This document shows positions 8,469 through 18,301 of a stretch of 64,000 nt of DNA, piece after piece (the first letter of the stretch is position 1; each line of letters opens with the position of its first letter). A model generated the notes under the pieces. It did no database searches. It was given only the letters and a program-made list of their open reading frames with translations, and was not told the DNA's origin. The DNA lies in NCBI GenBank assembly GCA_051859245.1, contig JBHYGA010000004.1:832001-896000 (forward strand), written 5' to 3'. The position numbers were made by a program, and so were the translations under genes. This stretch comes from Gemmatimonadaceae bacterium (lineage in GTDB: Bacteria > Gemmatimonadota > Gemmatimonadetes > Gemmatimonadales > Gemmatimonadaceae).

Positions 8469-11027
8469 ATGACGCACAAACTCTTGCTACTGACCGTAGG
8501 GCTACTCTTGTTCGGCGCCGCGGCATGCAACCAGGACGACGTCCCTGCGCCGGACGCTGGCGTGTCGCGGGCGCTCGCTGAACATCGCGGGTCGAGCATT
8601 TCGGACCTGCGCTACGAGCTCGCGCTACGCGTTCCTGCTAGCCGGACGGAGGCCGTGACCGGCACCGTACACGTGCGATTCAGTTTGTCCGATGTGTCGC
8701 AGCCGCTCGTGCTCGATTTTCGCGCACCGTCCGATCATGTACTCGCTGTTCAGTTGAACGGCGATTCGGTCCAGTACGAGGTGCCACCCGATCACATTGT
8801 GATCCCTTCGCGCGCACTCACGGTAGGAGCGCAGACGGTTACGGTGTCGTTCCGCAGTACCGATGCCGCGCTGAACAGACAGGATGATCTGCTGTACGCC
8901 TTGTTTGTTCCGGATCGAGCGTCCACCGCCTTCCCGGTCTTTGAGCAGCCCAATCTGAAGGCGCGCTTCACGCTTGCCATGACGATCCCATCAGCGTGGC
9001 GAGCGATTTCGAATGGCGCCAAGCAACGAGAAGATGGTGTGGACGACCTGACGACCACGCTGCACTTCGCCGAAACCAAACCCATCAGCACGTATCTGTT
9101 CACGTTTGCGGCTGGTGTGTTTTCAACGGAGACCGCGGTGCGCAACGGTCGCACGCTCACCATGTACCATCGAGAAACGGATTCACTCAAGTTGCAGCGC
9201 AATCGCGAGGCAATTTTTGATCTGCATGCAGCGTCGCTCTCATGGCTGGAAGAGTACACCCAAATTCCATATCCGTTTGACGAGTTCGCATTTCTTGCGG
9301 TCCCAGCCTTTCAGTTTGGCGGCATGGAGCACCCCGGCGCGATCTGGTACCGCGCGGAGTCACTGTTTCTCGATCCAACCGCGTCGCGTACTCAGGAGCT
9401 TGGTCGTGCGAGTCTGATCGCGCACGAAACAGCGCACATGTGGTTTGGCGATCTGGTCACCATGCGATGGTTCGACGATGTGTGGATGAAAGAAGTCTTT
9501 GCAAATTTCATGGCCGCAAAGATTGCGGGTCCGTCGTTCCCCGAGCTGAATCTTCGCCTGCGATTTTTTCAGGCACATCATCCCACGGCGTACGCAGTGG
9601 ATCGGACGGCCGGCGCCAACGCGATTCGCCAGCCTCTGGAGAACCTGCGCGATGCGGGATCACTCTACGGTGCCATCATTTATCAGAAAGCGCCCGTGGT
9701 GATGCAGCAGCTCGAAGAGCTGATTGGCGCAGACGTCATGCGCGACGGGTTGCGGGAATACCTGAACCGCTTTCGCTACGGCAATGCCACATGGCCTGAT
9801 CTGATCGCCATCCTCGACGAGCGAAGCACGGAAGATCTGGCCACGTGGAGCCAGGTGTGGGTGAATGAGCCCGGCCGTCCTCGCATCACGGTCGAGCGGC
9901 GTGACTCCGGCCTCGTGCTCACGCAGTCTGACGATATGCCCAATCGCGCGTTGCGTTGGACGCAGCCGATCGTGATTGCCGTCGGAACCGGCGACCGTGA
10001 GGTGGAGCATCGGGTGTCGCTGCGTGAAGCATCCGCATTTCTTCCGCTCAAGGCGCAAGACACCACTACGTTCGTGCTGGCGGGTGCAGACGGCGTTGGC
10101 TACGCGCGATTTGTTCTCGACGCGGCGAGTCGTGATCACCTGCTGGAGAATGTCAACGCGCTCGACAACCCCATCCATCGTGCCGCCGCGTGGCAATCGT
10201 TGTGGGAAGAGGTACTCGACGATTCCATGGCGGCGCTCGACTTTGTTCGAGCGACAACGCGCGCGGTCGAACAGGAACAGGATGAACTCGTAGCGCAGCA
10301 AGTGCTCGGACTGTTGCGTGGTGCGTATTGGCGATTCCTTTCCGACTCATTGCGAACCGCCGTTGCGCCAAGTGTCGAACGTGCGCTTTGGAATGCACTG
10401 GATCGCGCACCCACACCGGGGCGCAAGGGAGCGTATTTCAGTACCATTGTCAGCGTTTCACTCTCTGCCGATGGCGTCAACAGACTGGAACGTATCTGGC
10501 GACGCGACGAAACGCCGCGCGGACTTCCGTTGGTTGAGCAACAGTACATTTCGCTGGCAGAAGCACTCGCGCTGCGCGGCGTACCCAACGCCGACTCCAT
10601 TCTTGACGCGCAGTCAACACGCATTACCAACCCGGATCGGCGCGCGCGTTTTGCCTTCGTTCGTCCCGCGTTCAGCCGCAACTTCCGTGTTCGTGACTCG
10701 TTGTTTCAGACGTTCACAAACGTAGAGAACCGACGCCGCGAATCGTGGGTGCTCGATGCCATGAGTGCCATGCATCATCCACTGCGGGCGAAAGAGGCAA
10801 TCGCACAGGTTGCGCCCAGTCTTGAACTCACCGAAGAAATCCAACGTACGGGCGATATTTTCTTCCCACTCCGATGGCTGAACGCCACGCTCGATGGACA
10901 TCGATCCAAAGAGGCCGCGGATCTGGTGCGCGCGTATCTGGCGAAGCATCCAGACCTTCCGCCGCGACTGCGCGGCAAGGTGTTACAAGCCGCGGACGAC
11001 CTCTATCGTGCGTCTACGAGGGAGTAA
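8469..11027 (+). CDS. M1 family aminopeptidase (PepN-like), probable lipoprotein
   Basis: GGMEH (GAMEN-like), HETAH plus WMKE zinc motif, YQK catalytic Tyr region, ERAP1-like C-terminus. Signal peptide ends in LFGAAAC. Start is ATG 8460 or 8469. Confidence 0.9.
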   Translation: MTHKLLLLTVGLLLFGAAACNQDDVPAPDAGVSRALAEHRGSSISDLRYELALRVPASRTEAVTGTVHVRFSLSDVSQPLVLDFRAPSDHVLAVQLNGDSVQYEVPPDHIVIPSRALTVGAQTVTVSFRSTDAALNRQDDLLYALFVPDRASTAFPVFEQPNLKARFTLAMTIPSAWRAISNGAKQREDGVDDLTTTLHFAETKPISTYLFTFAAGVFSTETAVRNGRTLTMYHRETDSLKLQRNREAIFDLHAASLSWLEEYTQIPYPFDEFAFLAVPAFQFGGMEHPGAIWYRAESLFLDPTASRTQELGRASLIAHETAHMWFGDLVTMRWFDDVWMKEVFANFMAAKIAGPSFPELNLRLRFFQAHHPTAYAVDRTAGANAIRQPLENLRDAGSLYGAIIYQKAPVVMQQLEELIGADVMRDGLREYLNRFRYGNATWPDLIAILDERSTEDLATWSQVWVNEPGRPRITVERRDSGLVLTQSDDMPNRALRWTQPIVIAVGTGDREVEHRVSLREASAFLPLKAQDTTTFVLAGADGVGYARFVLDAASRDHLLENVNALDNPIHRAAAWQSLWEEVLDDSMAALDFVRATTRAVEQEQDELVAQQVLGLLRGAYWRFLSDSLRTAVAPSVERALWNALDRAPTPGRKGAYFSTIVSVSLSADGVNRLERIWRRDETPRGLPLVEQQYISLAEALALRGVPNADSILDAQSTRITNPDRRARFAFVRPAFSRNFRVRDSLFQTFTNVENRRRESWVLDAMSAMHHPLRAKEAIAQVAPSLELTEEIQRTGDIFFPLRWLNATLDGHRSKEAADLVRAYLAKHPDLPPRLRGKVLQAADDLYRASTRE

Positions 11028-12057
11028 TAATGGTGACACCAGCACGTGGTTCGGAGACCATGGTTGCGAGTGCACGCGGTGCATCCTCAAGCGCGATGTG
11101 GCGAGTGATCAGCTGATCAGGTTTGAGTTGACCCTGCGCCACCATCCGGAGCATTCGCGGATACGCGTGCGCCGCCATGCCGTGGCTGCCGACGAGCTCC
11201 AACTCGCGAGCAATAAGTAAATGCAGTGGCAGCCGCGGCTCGCTGTCGTCTCCCGCGAGCAAACCGATTTGCACGTGTCTGCCGTTCTTGCGCAGTGAGC
11301 ACAACGCTTGTGTCGCCGTCACTGCGGAGCCAAGTGCATCATACGCGCTGTCAACGCCGCCGTTCGTATGCGCACGAATCAGCTCGGCGACATCATTGTG
11401 CGCTCGCGCATTAAGTACGAACTCAGCGCCGGCCGCACTCGCGAGTGACAGCGCTTCGGCGGACACATCAACGGCAATGACGCGCGCACCAAGCGCACGG
11501 GCAATCATCACCGCGGAAAGCCCAACGCCGCCGCACCCAAACACGGCCACCCACTCGCCCTCGCGCACTCGACCCTGATCGACCACAGCGCGAAACGCGG
11601 TCGCGAAGCGGCAGCCGAGTGAGGCCGCGGTGCTGTACGGCATCGCGTCTGGAAGCGCCACCAGATTCACGTCGGCGTGATGGATCGCCACATACTCTGC
11701 GTACGAACCCCAGTGGGTGAATCCCGGTTGCGTTTGCACGTCGCACACTTGTCCGTCACCGCGCCTGCATGGCACACACGATCCGCAGGCGCAGACAAAG
11801 GGCACGGTCACACGATCTCCCACACGCCAGTTGGTCACGTGTGATCCAACCGCGGCCACTTCGCCGGCGAGCTCGTGTCCTGGTACATGCGGGAACGCCC
11901 GAATATCGGGGTCGTGCCCCTGCCAGCCGTGCCAGTCACTGCGGCACAGCCCAGTGGCGTGGACACGGATCACCACGCCGGACGACGACGGTGATGGGTC
12001 GGGCAGGGTCTCGCAGCGGAGCGGACCAGCAAAGGCATCAAAGAGAACAGCGCGCAT
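11014..12057 (-). CDS. Zinc-dependent alcohol dehydrogenase (MDR family)
   Basis: GLCRSD, GHE, structural-Zn CGSCVPC...C and Rossmann GCGGVG. Confidence 0.92.
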   Translation of the reverse strand: MRAVLFDAFAGPLRCETLPDPSPSSSGVVIRVHATGLCRSDWHGWQGHDPDIRAFPHVPGHELAGEVAAVGSHVTNWRVGDRVTVPFVCACGSCVPCRRGDGQVCDVQTQPGFTHWGSYAEYVAIHHADVNLVALPDAMPYSTAASLGCRFATAFRAVVDQGRVREGEWVAVFGCGGVGLSAVMIARALGARVIAVDVSAEALSLASAAGAEFVLNARAHNDVAELIRAHTNGGVDSAYDALGSAVTATQALCSLRKNGRHVQIGLLAGDDSEPRLPLHLLIARELELVGSHGMAAHAYPRMLRMVAQGQLKPDQLITRHIALEDAPRALATMVSEPRAGVTIITPS

Positions 12058-12121
12058 GCGCTATTTTACACAGAGATCATGCGCCGTGCATGATCCTTGC
12101 CCCAGCCCAACGAGTTCGCGC

Positions 12122-12994
12122 ATGACCACGCCGCTCGACGATCTGCTCACGCTGCTCGATCTGGAACCCCTTGAGGTCAACATCTACCGCGGTTTGAACC
12201 GCGACATCGGATCGTCGCGTGTCTTTGGTGGGCAGGTGTTTGCGCAGGCCCTCGTCGCGGCACGGCGCACGGTGGACGAAGCCCGGGAGGCGCACTCGGT
12301 GCACGGCTACTTCATTCTGCCAGGTGATCTTGAAGCGCCGATCGTGTACTTCGTGGATCGGTTGCGCGATGGATCAAGCTTTGCCACGCGGCGCGTGACG
12401 GCGATTCAGCATGGGCAGGCGATCTTCAACCTGTCGGCGTCCTTCCATCGGAGTGAAAACGGACTCTCGCACCAGGCGCCGATGCCCGATGTGCCGCCGC
12501 CAGAATCACTGCCCAGCGAACTCACGCTGCTCCGTGACATGGCGGAACGGATTCCTGAGAGTTATCGCGCCACGTGGACGCAGGATCGCCCGATCGATTT
12601 TCGCCCGGTCGATCCTGTTGATCCGTTTCAGGCCGACGTGCGGCCGCCGGTTCGGCAGCTGTGGTTCCGTGCAATCGGCAACATGCCCGACGAGCTGTTG
12701 TTACATCAGTCGGTGCTTGCGTATGCGTCGGACTACGCCCTGCTGACCACCGCGCTCCTACCGCATGGTGTGTCGTACCGGCAACCTGGATTGCAACTCG
12801 CCTCTCTTGATCACTCACTCTGGCTGCACCGCCCGTTTCGCGCCGATGAGTGGATGTTGTATGCAATGGACAGTCCGGTATCGTATGGTGCGCGCGGATT
12901 TTCGCGCGGCTCTATTTACTCGCAAACTGGTGAGTTGATTGCGTCGGTGGCGCAGGAAGGTTTGGTCCGACTGCGTAACACGACCGAGCGTTGA
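12122..12994 (+). CDS. tesB: Acyl-CoA thioesterase II
   Basis: RVFGGQV, HSVHGYF, RDGSSF, YASD, ASLDHSLW and SVAQEG; start at ATG 12122. Confidence 0.92.
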   Translation: MTTPLDDLLTLLDLEPLEVNIYRGLNRDIGSSRVFGGQVFAQALVAARRTVDEAREAHSVHGYFILPGDLEAPIVYFVDRLRDGSSFATRRVTAIQHGQAIFNLSASFHRSENGLSHQAPMPDVPPPESLPSELTLLRDMAERIPESYRATWTQDRPIDFRPVDPVDPFQADVRPPVRQLWFRAIGNMPDELLLHQSVLAYASDYALLTTALLPHGVSYRQPGLQLASLDHSLWLHRPFRADEWMLYAMDSPVSYGARGFSRGSIYSQTGELIASVAQEGLVRLRNTTER

Positions 12995-14115
12995 CGCCTC
13001 ACCTGCTGCTCGCAGGGTTAGGGCACGCGCATCTGTTCGTGCTCGAAGCACTCATCAAACGGCATATGCCCGCGTGTCGCGTGACCGTGTGCACTGCAGA
13101 GGTGCAGCACGTGTACTCGGGCATGGTTCCGGGCTGGTTGAGCGGTCTTTACTCGGCGGCCGATCTGTCGATTGATGTCGCCGTGCTGTGTTCGCGTGCG
13201 GGAGCGACGTTGTTACCACATCACGTCACGGCGATCAACGCCGCCGAGCGCACGGTCACGCTTGCCAACGGCCAACAGATTGCTTTTGATGTGTGCTCGC
13301 TTGCGGTGGGATCCATGCCAAGCGGTCTGCAGCTGCCAGGCGCAGCGCAGCATGCGATTCCGCTCAAGCCCCTTCAGCATGTTGAGCGTATTATCAGCAG
13401 CTTGGACTCACCGGCCGTTGTGGAGCGCGGCGTGTGTGTCGTTGGCGGTGGACTGGCCGGCGTGGAAATGGCCTTGGCCGCGCGCGCTCGCCTCAGCATG
13501 CGATCAACGCGTGATACTGTTCCGATCACGATTGTCACACGCGAGGCTACGCTATTCGCGAATCGAGGCGAAGGATTGCAGGCGAAGCTCCACGCTGCAT
13601 GCGCGCGTGCTCACGTGCGCGTAGTGACCAACGCCAAACCAGTTGCCGTACGCGAAGACGGCGTCGCGCTCGCCGACGGGACCGATGTGTCCGGGGCGCT
13701 CACCATCTGGGCCACGGGACCGTCGGCACAACCGTGGCTTGCCCAAAGTGATCTGGCCACAGATAGCGCGGGCTATGTACTGGTGAACGAAGCGCTGCAA
13801 TCGGTGTCGGCAAACGCCGTATTCGCGGCGGGAGATTGCGCCACGCTGCAACACGCTCCGGACACATCAAAAGCGGGCGTGTACGCCGTGCGCATGGGGC
13901 CCATGCTGGTGCGCGCGCTAAGTGATGCGTTGCGCGGGCGCGCGCCAGCGGTGCGCTACAGGCCACAGAAACGCTGGCTCGCGCTCGTGAGTACTGCCGA
14001 TGGACGCGCGATTGCGAGTTACGGCTCGCTGAGCGTCTCCGGCGCGTGGGCGATGTGGCTCAAGGACCGCATCGATCGCACGTTTATTGCGAGGTTCAGA
14101 AACGCGGGGGTGTAG
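12991..14115 (+). CDS. FAD-dependent pyridine nucleotide-disulfide oxidoreductase (resembles the domain found N-terminal to SelD in fusions)
   Basis: GLGHAH, YSGMVPG, VGGGLAGVE, FAAGDCA, KAGVYAVRMGP, WLKDRIDRTF; 4-bp overlap with tesB. Confidence 0.8.
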   Translation: MTPHLLLAGLGHAHLFVLEALIKRHMPACRVTVCTAEVQHVYSGMVPGWLSGLYSAADLSIDVAVLCSRAGATLLPHHVTAINAAERTVTLANGQQIAFDVCSLAVGSMPSGLQLPGAAQHAIPLKPLQHVERIISSLDSPAVVERGVCVVGGGLAGVEMALAARARLSMRSTRDTVPITIVTREATLFANRGEGLQAKLHAACARAHVRVVTNAKPVAVREDGVALADGTDVSGALTIWATGPSAQPWLAQSDLATDSAGYVLVNEALQSVSANAVFAAGDCATLQHAPDTSKAGVYAVRMGPMLVRALSDALRGRAPAVRYRPQKRWLALVSTADGRAIASYGSLSVSGAWAMWLKDRIDRTFIARFRNAGV

Positions 14116-14866
14116 TCGGCTTCCGCTCATCGTCACCACGACGACGTGTGGCAATGAAGATCGCTCCCTGCGGCGCGCGCGGTCCGTAGGCCACCTGCGA
14201 CTGTTGCGCGTTCATGAACGCGATGAAGTACACGTCTTCCGGGTTGATGAACGCGATCGGGCCGAGCACTTGACCGTCAACCACAATGTCGAGGCATCGA
14301 TTGCTTCGCGAACTGGTAAAACATTCACCATCGCGACGCGGCATACGAATGCCGGCAATCGGATTGCGGCGCAGAAGATCCGAGAACTGCACCGCTTTGG
14401 TCCGATCCTGGGCGATGACATGCGGTTCAATCACCCGCCAGCCAAATCGGCGCGCCTCTGCGAGCTGTCCCGTATTGAAGTTCGGCTTCATCGCTACGGC
14501 GGTCACGGTCACGGTAGCGAGCGTTACACCGGTCACGGGCGCGAGCAGTTCCACGCTGAGCGAGTCGGCGTCTTCCGCGATGTCGAAGTAGCCGGAGAGT
14601 GTGGGCGCTACGCCGATTTTTCGTACGGAAAACCGGAGTTTGGGCACGCGCTTGGCATCCAGTGTGAACCTACCGTCTGCGGCGGATCGTGCTTCTGCGA
14701 CGGTGGCGCCGGTTGAGTCCACGAGCGTGATTGTGGCACCGACCACAGGCGATGTTGATGCCGAGTCTTTGAGGCTGCCCAATACGACCTGCGCGCGAAG
14801 CATGGGAGCAAACACCACACTGGTCGCGACGAACAACACCGCCAACTGAAGCACACGTGACAACAT
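14096..14866 (-). CDS. Secreted carboxypeptidase-regulatory-like domain protein with a C-terminal TonB-receptor plug-like segment
   Basis: Signal peptide; GSLKDSASTSPVVGATI...DGRFTL domain; plug-like IVVDG...INPEDV...YGPRAPQGAIFIATR; no barrel. Confidence 0.7.
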   Translation of the reverse strand: MLSRVLQLAVLFVATSVVFAPMLRAQVVLGSLKDSASTSPVVGATITLVDSTGATVAEARSAADGRFTLDAKRVPKLRFSVRKIGVAPTLSGYFDIAEDADSLSVELLAPVTGVTLATVTVTAVAMKPNFNTGQLAEARRFGWRVIEPHVIAQDRTKAVQFSDLLRRNPIAGIRMPRRDGECFTSSRSNRCLDIVVDGQVLGPIAFINPEDVYFIAFMNAQQSQVAYGPRAPQGAIFIATRRRGDDERKPTTPPRF

Positions 14867-14920
14867 GATCAGTCCCTCCGCACCACTCGAATAATCACGC
14901 GTGCACGCGTGACAGATGAA

Positions 14921-16060
14921 TTAGCCCGCGTTCGCGTCTGCGAAACTTTCCGCAAACGTTGGGGCCATGAGTCCCTCGAGGGACCGACCGTGTGGATCCT
15001 GATGTGAACGGATGTTGTTGACCATCTCGAGTGCGGTCTGCGTGAGCGGCGGCAGCGTCATAGACGATGTTCCAAGCGGCGTCACACGCTGTCCCCATTT
15101 GACCAGCAACGAGCAGTACGTCAGCCCTCCACCAAACGCCGGCAGCAGCAAGGTAGCGCCCGGTTTGACCCGTCCCGCTTCAAGGGCCTCCACCAGCGCA
15201 ACGGGAACAGTGGCCGCGCTCATGTTGCCATATTTCTCCACCGTCACAACCACGCGCTCCATCGGAATACCGGCGTATTTGGCGACGGCTTCGATGATGC
15301 GCAGGTTCGCCTGATGCGGCACCACGAGATCGACCTGATCTGCCGTGAGCCCCTGCTGTTCCAATACGCGCTTTGATGCATCAGACATGGCGTGAACGGC
15401 GCGCTTGAAAATTGCCTGTCCGTCAAAATCCCACAGCGTATCGCCGAAGGTGACGTCATGCAGCGCGTAGGTGCAGCCAAACCCTCGCACGCGCAGCGTG
15501 TGCCGGCCCTCTGCGTCACAGCCGAGAATGCTGCCGAGTACACCTTCTTCGTTGTCAGACGCTTGCAGTACAACCGCAGCGGCGCCGTCGCCAAAGAGCA
15601 CGGCGACATTACGATTCGACCAATCCATGTAGCGGCTGATCAGCTCCACGCCGATCACGATTGCATTGCGCACGACGCCCGTACGAATCATGGCCGTGGC
15701 GGTGGTAAGGCCATAACAGAAACTGGTGCACGCCGTATTCAGATCGATGCTCGCCGCCCGTGTCGCGCCCAGTGCCATTTGTACACCCGACGCACTGTTC
15801 GGTACGAGTTCGTCGTTGCTGACGCCGCCGTAAATGATCAAATCAACATCGGCGGCATCGAGCCCGGCGCAGGCCAGCGCTCGCGACGCGGCCACCGTGG
15901 ACAGCTCGATCGCACCCACGTGCGACACGCGACGCTCTTTCATACCGGTGCGCGACGAGATCCACTCGTCGGACGTGTCGAGAAAGGTGCTGAGGTCGTT
16001 GTTCGTGAGAATGGCCGGCGGCATGCAAGCGCCCCAGCCCGTGATCGCGGCGTAGGTCAT
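14921..16060 (-). CDS. fabH: Beta-ketoacyl-ACP synthase III
   Basis: DTSDEWI, catalytic Cys (TACTSF), LFGDGA, His (PHQAN), Asn (YGNMSAA), FGGG; about 50 aa C-terminal extension. Confidence 0.92.
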   Translation of the reverse strand: MTYAAITGWGACMPPAILTNNDLSTFLDTSDEWISSRTGMKERRVSHVGAIELSTVAASRALACAGLDAADVDLIIYGGVSNDELVPNSASGVQMALGATRAASIDLNTACTSFCYGLTTATAMIRTGVVRNAIVIGVELISRYMDWSNRNVAVLFGDGAAAVVLQASDNEEGVLGSILGCDAEGRHTLRVRGFGCTYALHDVTFGDTLWDFDGQAIFKRAVHAMSDASKRVLEQQGLTADQVDLVVPHQANLRIIEAVAKYAGIPMERVVVTVEKYGNMSAATVPVALVEALEAGRVKPGATLLLPAFGGGLTYCSLLVKWGQRVTPLGTSSMTLPPLTQTALEMVNNIRSHQDPHGRSLEGLMAPTFAESFADANAG

Positions 16061-16144
16061 CAGGATCGCGGTAAGGGATCAGGAGGGACCTGAAACATGC
16101 GCGCGAGAGGGTGTCGAGCGCGAGGGGGGCCGGCGCCCCACCCG

Positions 16145-17212
16145 CTAACGACAGGCCGCGCGCGTGGGCAGCACCACCCAGTAGTCGAACTCCAGCACAA
16201 CGTTTGGCAGATACGCGCCGGTCTCATCCCGAAGTGGAAAGCCGGCGGCGGAGTGGTCCTTGAGCGCAACAGTGCGCAGGCGAAGGGCGCCCACATCGGT
16301 GCGTTCCGCCAACGGCTGTTTGTCCACCACTTCCGACCACGCATAGATCGTGTCACCGGCAAACGCCGGGTTCACGTGTCGACCGGCGTTGATACCGAGC
16401 AGCGCAAAGGCGTTGCCGAGTCCGTTAAATGACAGCGCACGCGCCAGACTGATGATGTGCCCACCGTACACAATGCGGCGGCCAAAACGGCCTTCACGTT
16501 CGACATGCTGGTTGAAGTGCACGCGCGCACTGTTCTGATAGAGTCGCGCCGCCATCATGTGTTCCGCTTCTTCAATCGTCATGCCGTCGACATGATCAAT
16601 GCGCTCACCCACTGCGTAATCGTCCCACGCATTGGGGTCGCCGGACAGTCGTGTGTCGTACGCCTGCTGCGCAATTCGGAACGGCACCGACAGTGAGTCA
16701 GCGGCCACAGACTCCGGTAACGACGGCACCACGGTTTCCGGTGGAGCAGACGACGCATCTCGCTTTCGCACCATGGCCCAACGGGTGTACTCCACGACCA
16801 TCTCGCCACGCTGATTTGCACCACGTGAACGCACGTACACCACACCGGTGGTGCCGTCTTTGTTGGCCTTGACGCCCAACACCGTACTAACCGTTGAGAC
16901 GGTGTCGCCCGGAAACACCGGCACACCGAAGCGACCGTCGGCATAGCCCAGGTTGGCGATCGCGTTGAGCGAGATGTCGGGCACGGACTTGCCGAACACC
17001 ATATGAAAGACGAGCACCGAATCAACGGGCGACTCGGAAACGCCCACGCACGTTGCGAACGGCGATGAGCTGGTCACCGCAAAGCGCGAGCCAAAGAGCG
17101 ACGTGTAGAGCGCCACGTCACCCGTGGTGATCGTACGCGGTGTGGCGTGCACCAACTCCTGGCCCACGAAAAAATCTTCGAAATAGTTTCCGTGCTGTGT
17201 TTTGCCGGTCAT
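16145..17212 (-). CDS. mch: Mesaconyl-C1-CoA hydratase (beta-methylmalyl-CoA dehydratase), double hot-dog/MaoC fold
   Basis: GNYFEDF, HATPRTIT, FGKSVPDISLNAIANLGY, IEEAEHM and RVHFNQHVEREGRFGRRIVYGGHIISLAR match my recall of Chloroflexus Mch; start at ATG 17212. Confidence 0.9.
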   Translation of the reverse strand: MTGKTQHGNYFEDFFVGQELVHATPRTITTGDVALYTSLFGSRFAVTSSSPFATCVGVSESPVDSVLVFHMVFGKSVPDISLNAIANLGYADGRFGVPVFPGDTVSTVSTVLGVKANKDGTTGVVYVRSRGANQRGEMVVEYTRWAMVRKRDASSAPPETVVPSLPESVAADSLSVPFRIAQQAYDTRLSGDPNAWDDYAVGERIDHVDGMTIEEAEHMMAARLYQNSARVHFNQHVEREGRFGRRIVYGGHIISLARALSFNGLGNAFALLGINAGRHVNPAFAGDTIYAWSEVVDKQPLAERTDVGALRLRTVALKDHSAAGFPLRDETGAYLPNVVLEFDYWVVLPTRAACR

Positions 17213-17216
17213 GCGA

Positions 17217-18260
17217 TCAGAATCCATACGCAGCGGCGAGTTCGGGATCGTTGCTTGCGACAAGACGCGCGAGATCAACGATCACCTTGGCCTGCTTCCA
17301 GGTGGCATCGTCCTGCATCTTGCCATCAATCATGGCCACCCCGCTGCCATCGGGCATGGCGTCGAGAATCCGACGGGCGAACAACACTTCCCTGGCGTCC
17401 GGACTGAACACTCGGCGCGCAATCGCAATCTGATTAGGCGCCAGTGACCACGCGCCAGTGCAACCCATCACGAACGCATTGCGGAACTGCGCTTCACAGC
17501 CCGCCTCGTCACGAATATCGCCGAAGGGGCCATAGAACGCACGAATACCATGTGACACACACGCATCCACCATGCGAGCCACCGTGTAGTGCCACAGGTC
17601 CTGCTGTACAAAGGTGCGCGGTGCGTTCGATTCGTCGGGATCAGACAGCACGCCGTAGAACGGATGCCCACCGCCCACACGCGTTGTTTTCATGCCACGC
17701 GACGCCGCGAGATCGGCCGGGCCCAGACTCATGCCGTGCATGCGCGGACTGGCGCCGGCAATCTGCTCCACATTCTTCACGCCTTCGGCCGTTTCGAGCA
17801 GTGCGTGAATAAGAATCGGCTTGCGAATATTGTAGCGCGCTTCGAGCAGCGCGAGGTACTGATCCACAAAGTGAATGTCCCAGGGGCCCTCCACTTTCGG
17901 AATCATGAACACATCAAGCTTGTTGCCGGCGTCGCGTACAATCTGATCAAGATCATCAAGAAACCATGGTGAGTTCAGACAGTTCACGCGCACCCACAGC
18001 GCCGTGGTGCCGAAATCATTGGCGTTTGCAACCTCAATGAAGCCGGCGCGCGCCGCCGCTTTGTCTTCTACCGGAATGGCATCTTCCAGATTGCCGCACA
18101 GCACATCGACCTGACGCACCATTTCCGGCACGCGTGCCCGGATCTTTTCTATGTGTGGCGGAAAAAAATGAATCATGCGCTCCGGTCGCACGGGCAATGC
18201 ACGCAGCGGTTCGGGGGCGCCAATGGCTAACGGCTTGTAAAAATTGAACGGAAGCTTCAC
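17217..18260 (-). CDS. mcl: (S)-malyl-CoA/beta-methylmalyl-CoA/(S)-citramalyl-CoA lyase, Chloroflexus type
   Basis: [51 protein letters not shown] and [18 protein letters not shown] match my recall of C. aurantiacus Mcl; GTG start with GAGGA-like RBS (TCAGGAG) upstream. Confidence 0.93.
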   Translation of the reverse strand: MKLPFNFYKPLAIGAPEPLRALPVRPERMIHFFPPHIEKIRARVPEMVRQVDVLCGNLEDAIPVEDKAAARAGFIEVANANDFGTTALWVRVNCLNSPWFLDDLDQIVRDAGNKLDVFMIPKVEGPWDIHFVDQYLALLEARYNIRKPILIHALLETAEGVKNVEQIAGASPRMHGMSLGPADLAASRGMKTTRVGGGHPFYGVLSDPDESNAPRTFVQQDLWHYTVARMVDACVSHGIRAFYGPFGDIRDEAGCEAQFRNAFVMGCTGAWSLAPNQIAIARRVFSPDAREVLFARRILDAMPDGSGVAMIDGKMQDDATWKQAKVIVDLARLVASNDPELAAAYGF

Positions 18261-18301
18261 GTGCAGATGCTCCTGAGGAATGTCAGATCGAACGATCGGA
18301 G

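Noticed and set aside
8325..8599. Long overlap between the exonuclease and aminopeptidase ORFs
   Set aside because: Artefact of longest-ORF calling; starts at 8416 (minus) and 8460/8469 (plus) give a normal short divergent gap.
16145..18260. mch and mcl as part of the ethylmalonyl-CoA pathway
   Set aside because: No ccr, ecm or mcd in the window; Mcl is of the Chloroflexus type; mct, meh and smtAB point to the bi-cycle module.
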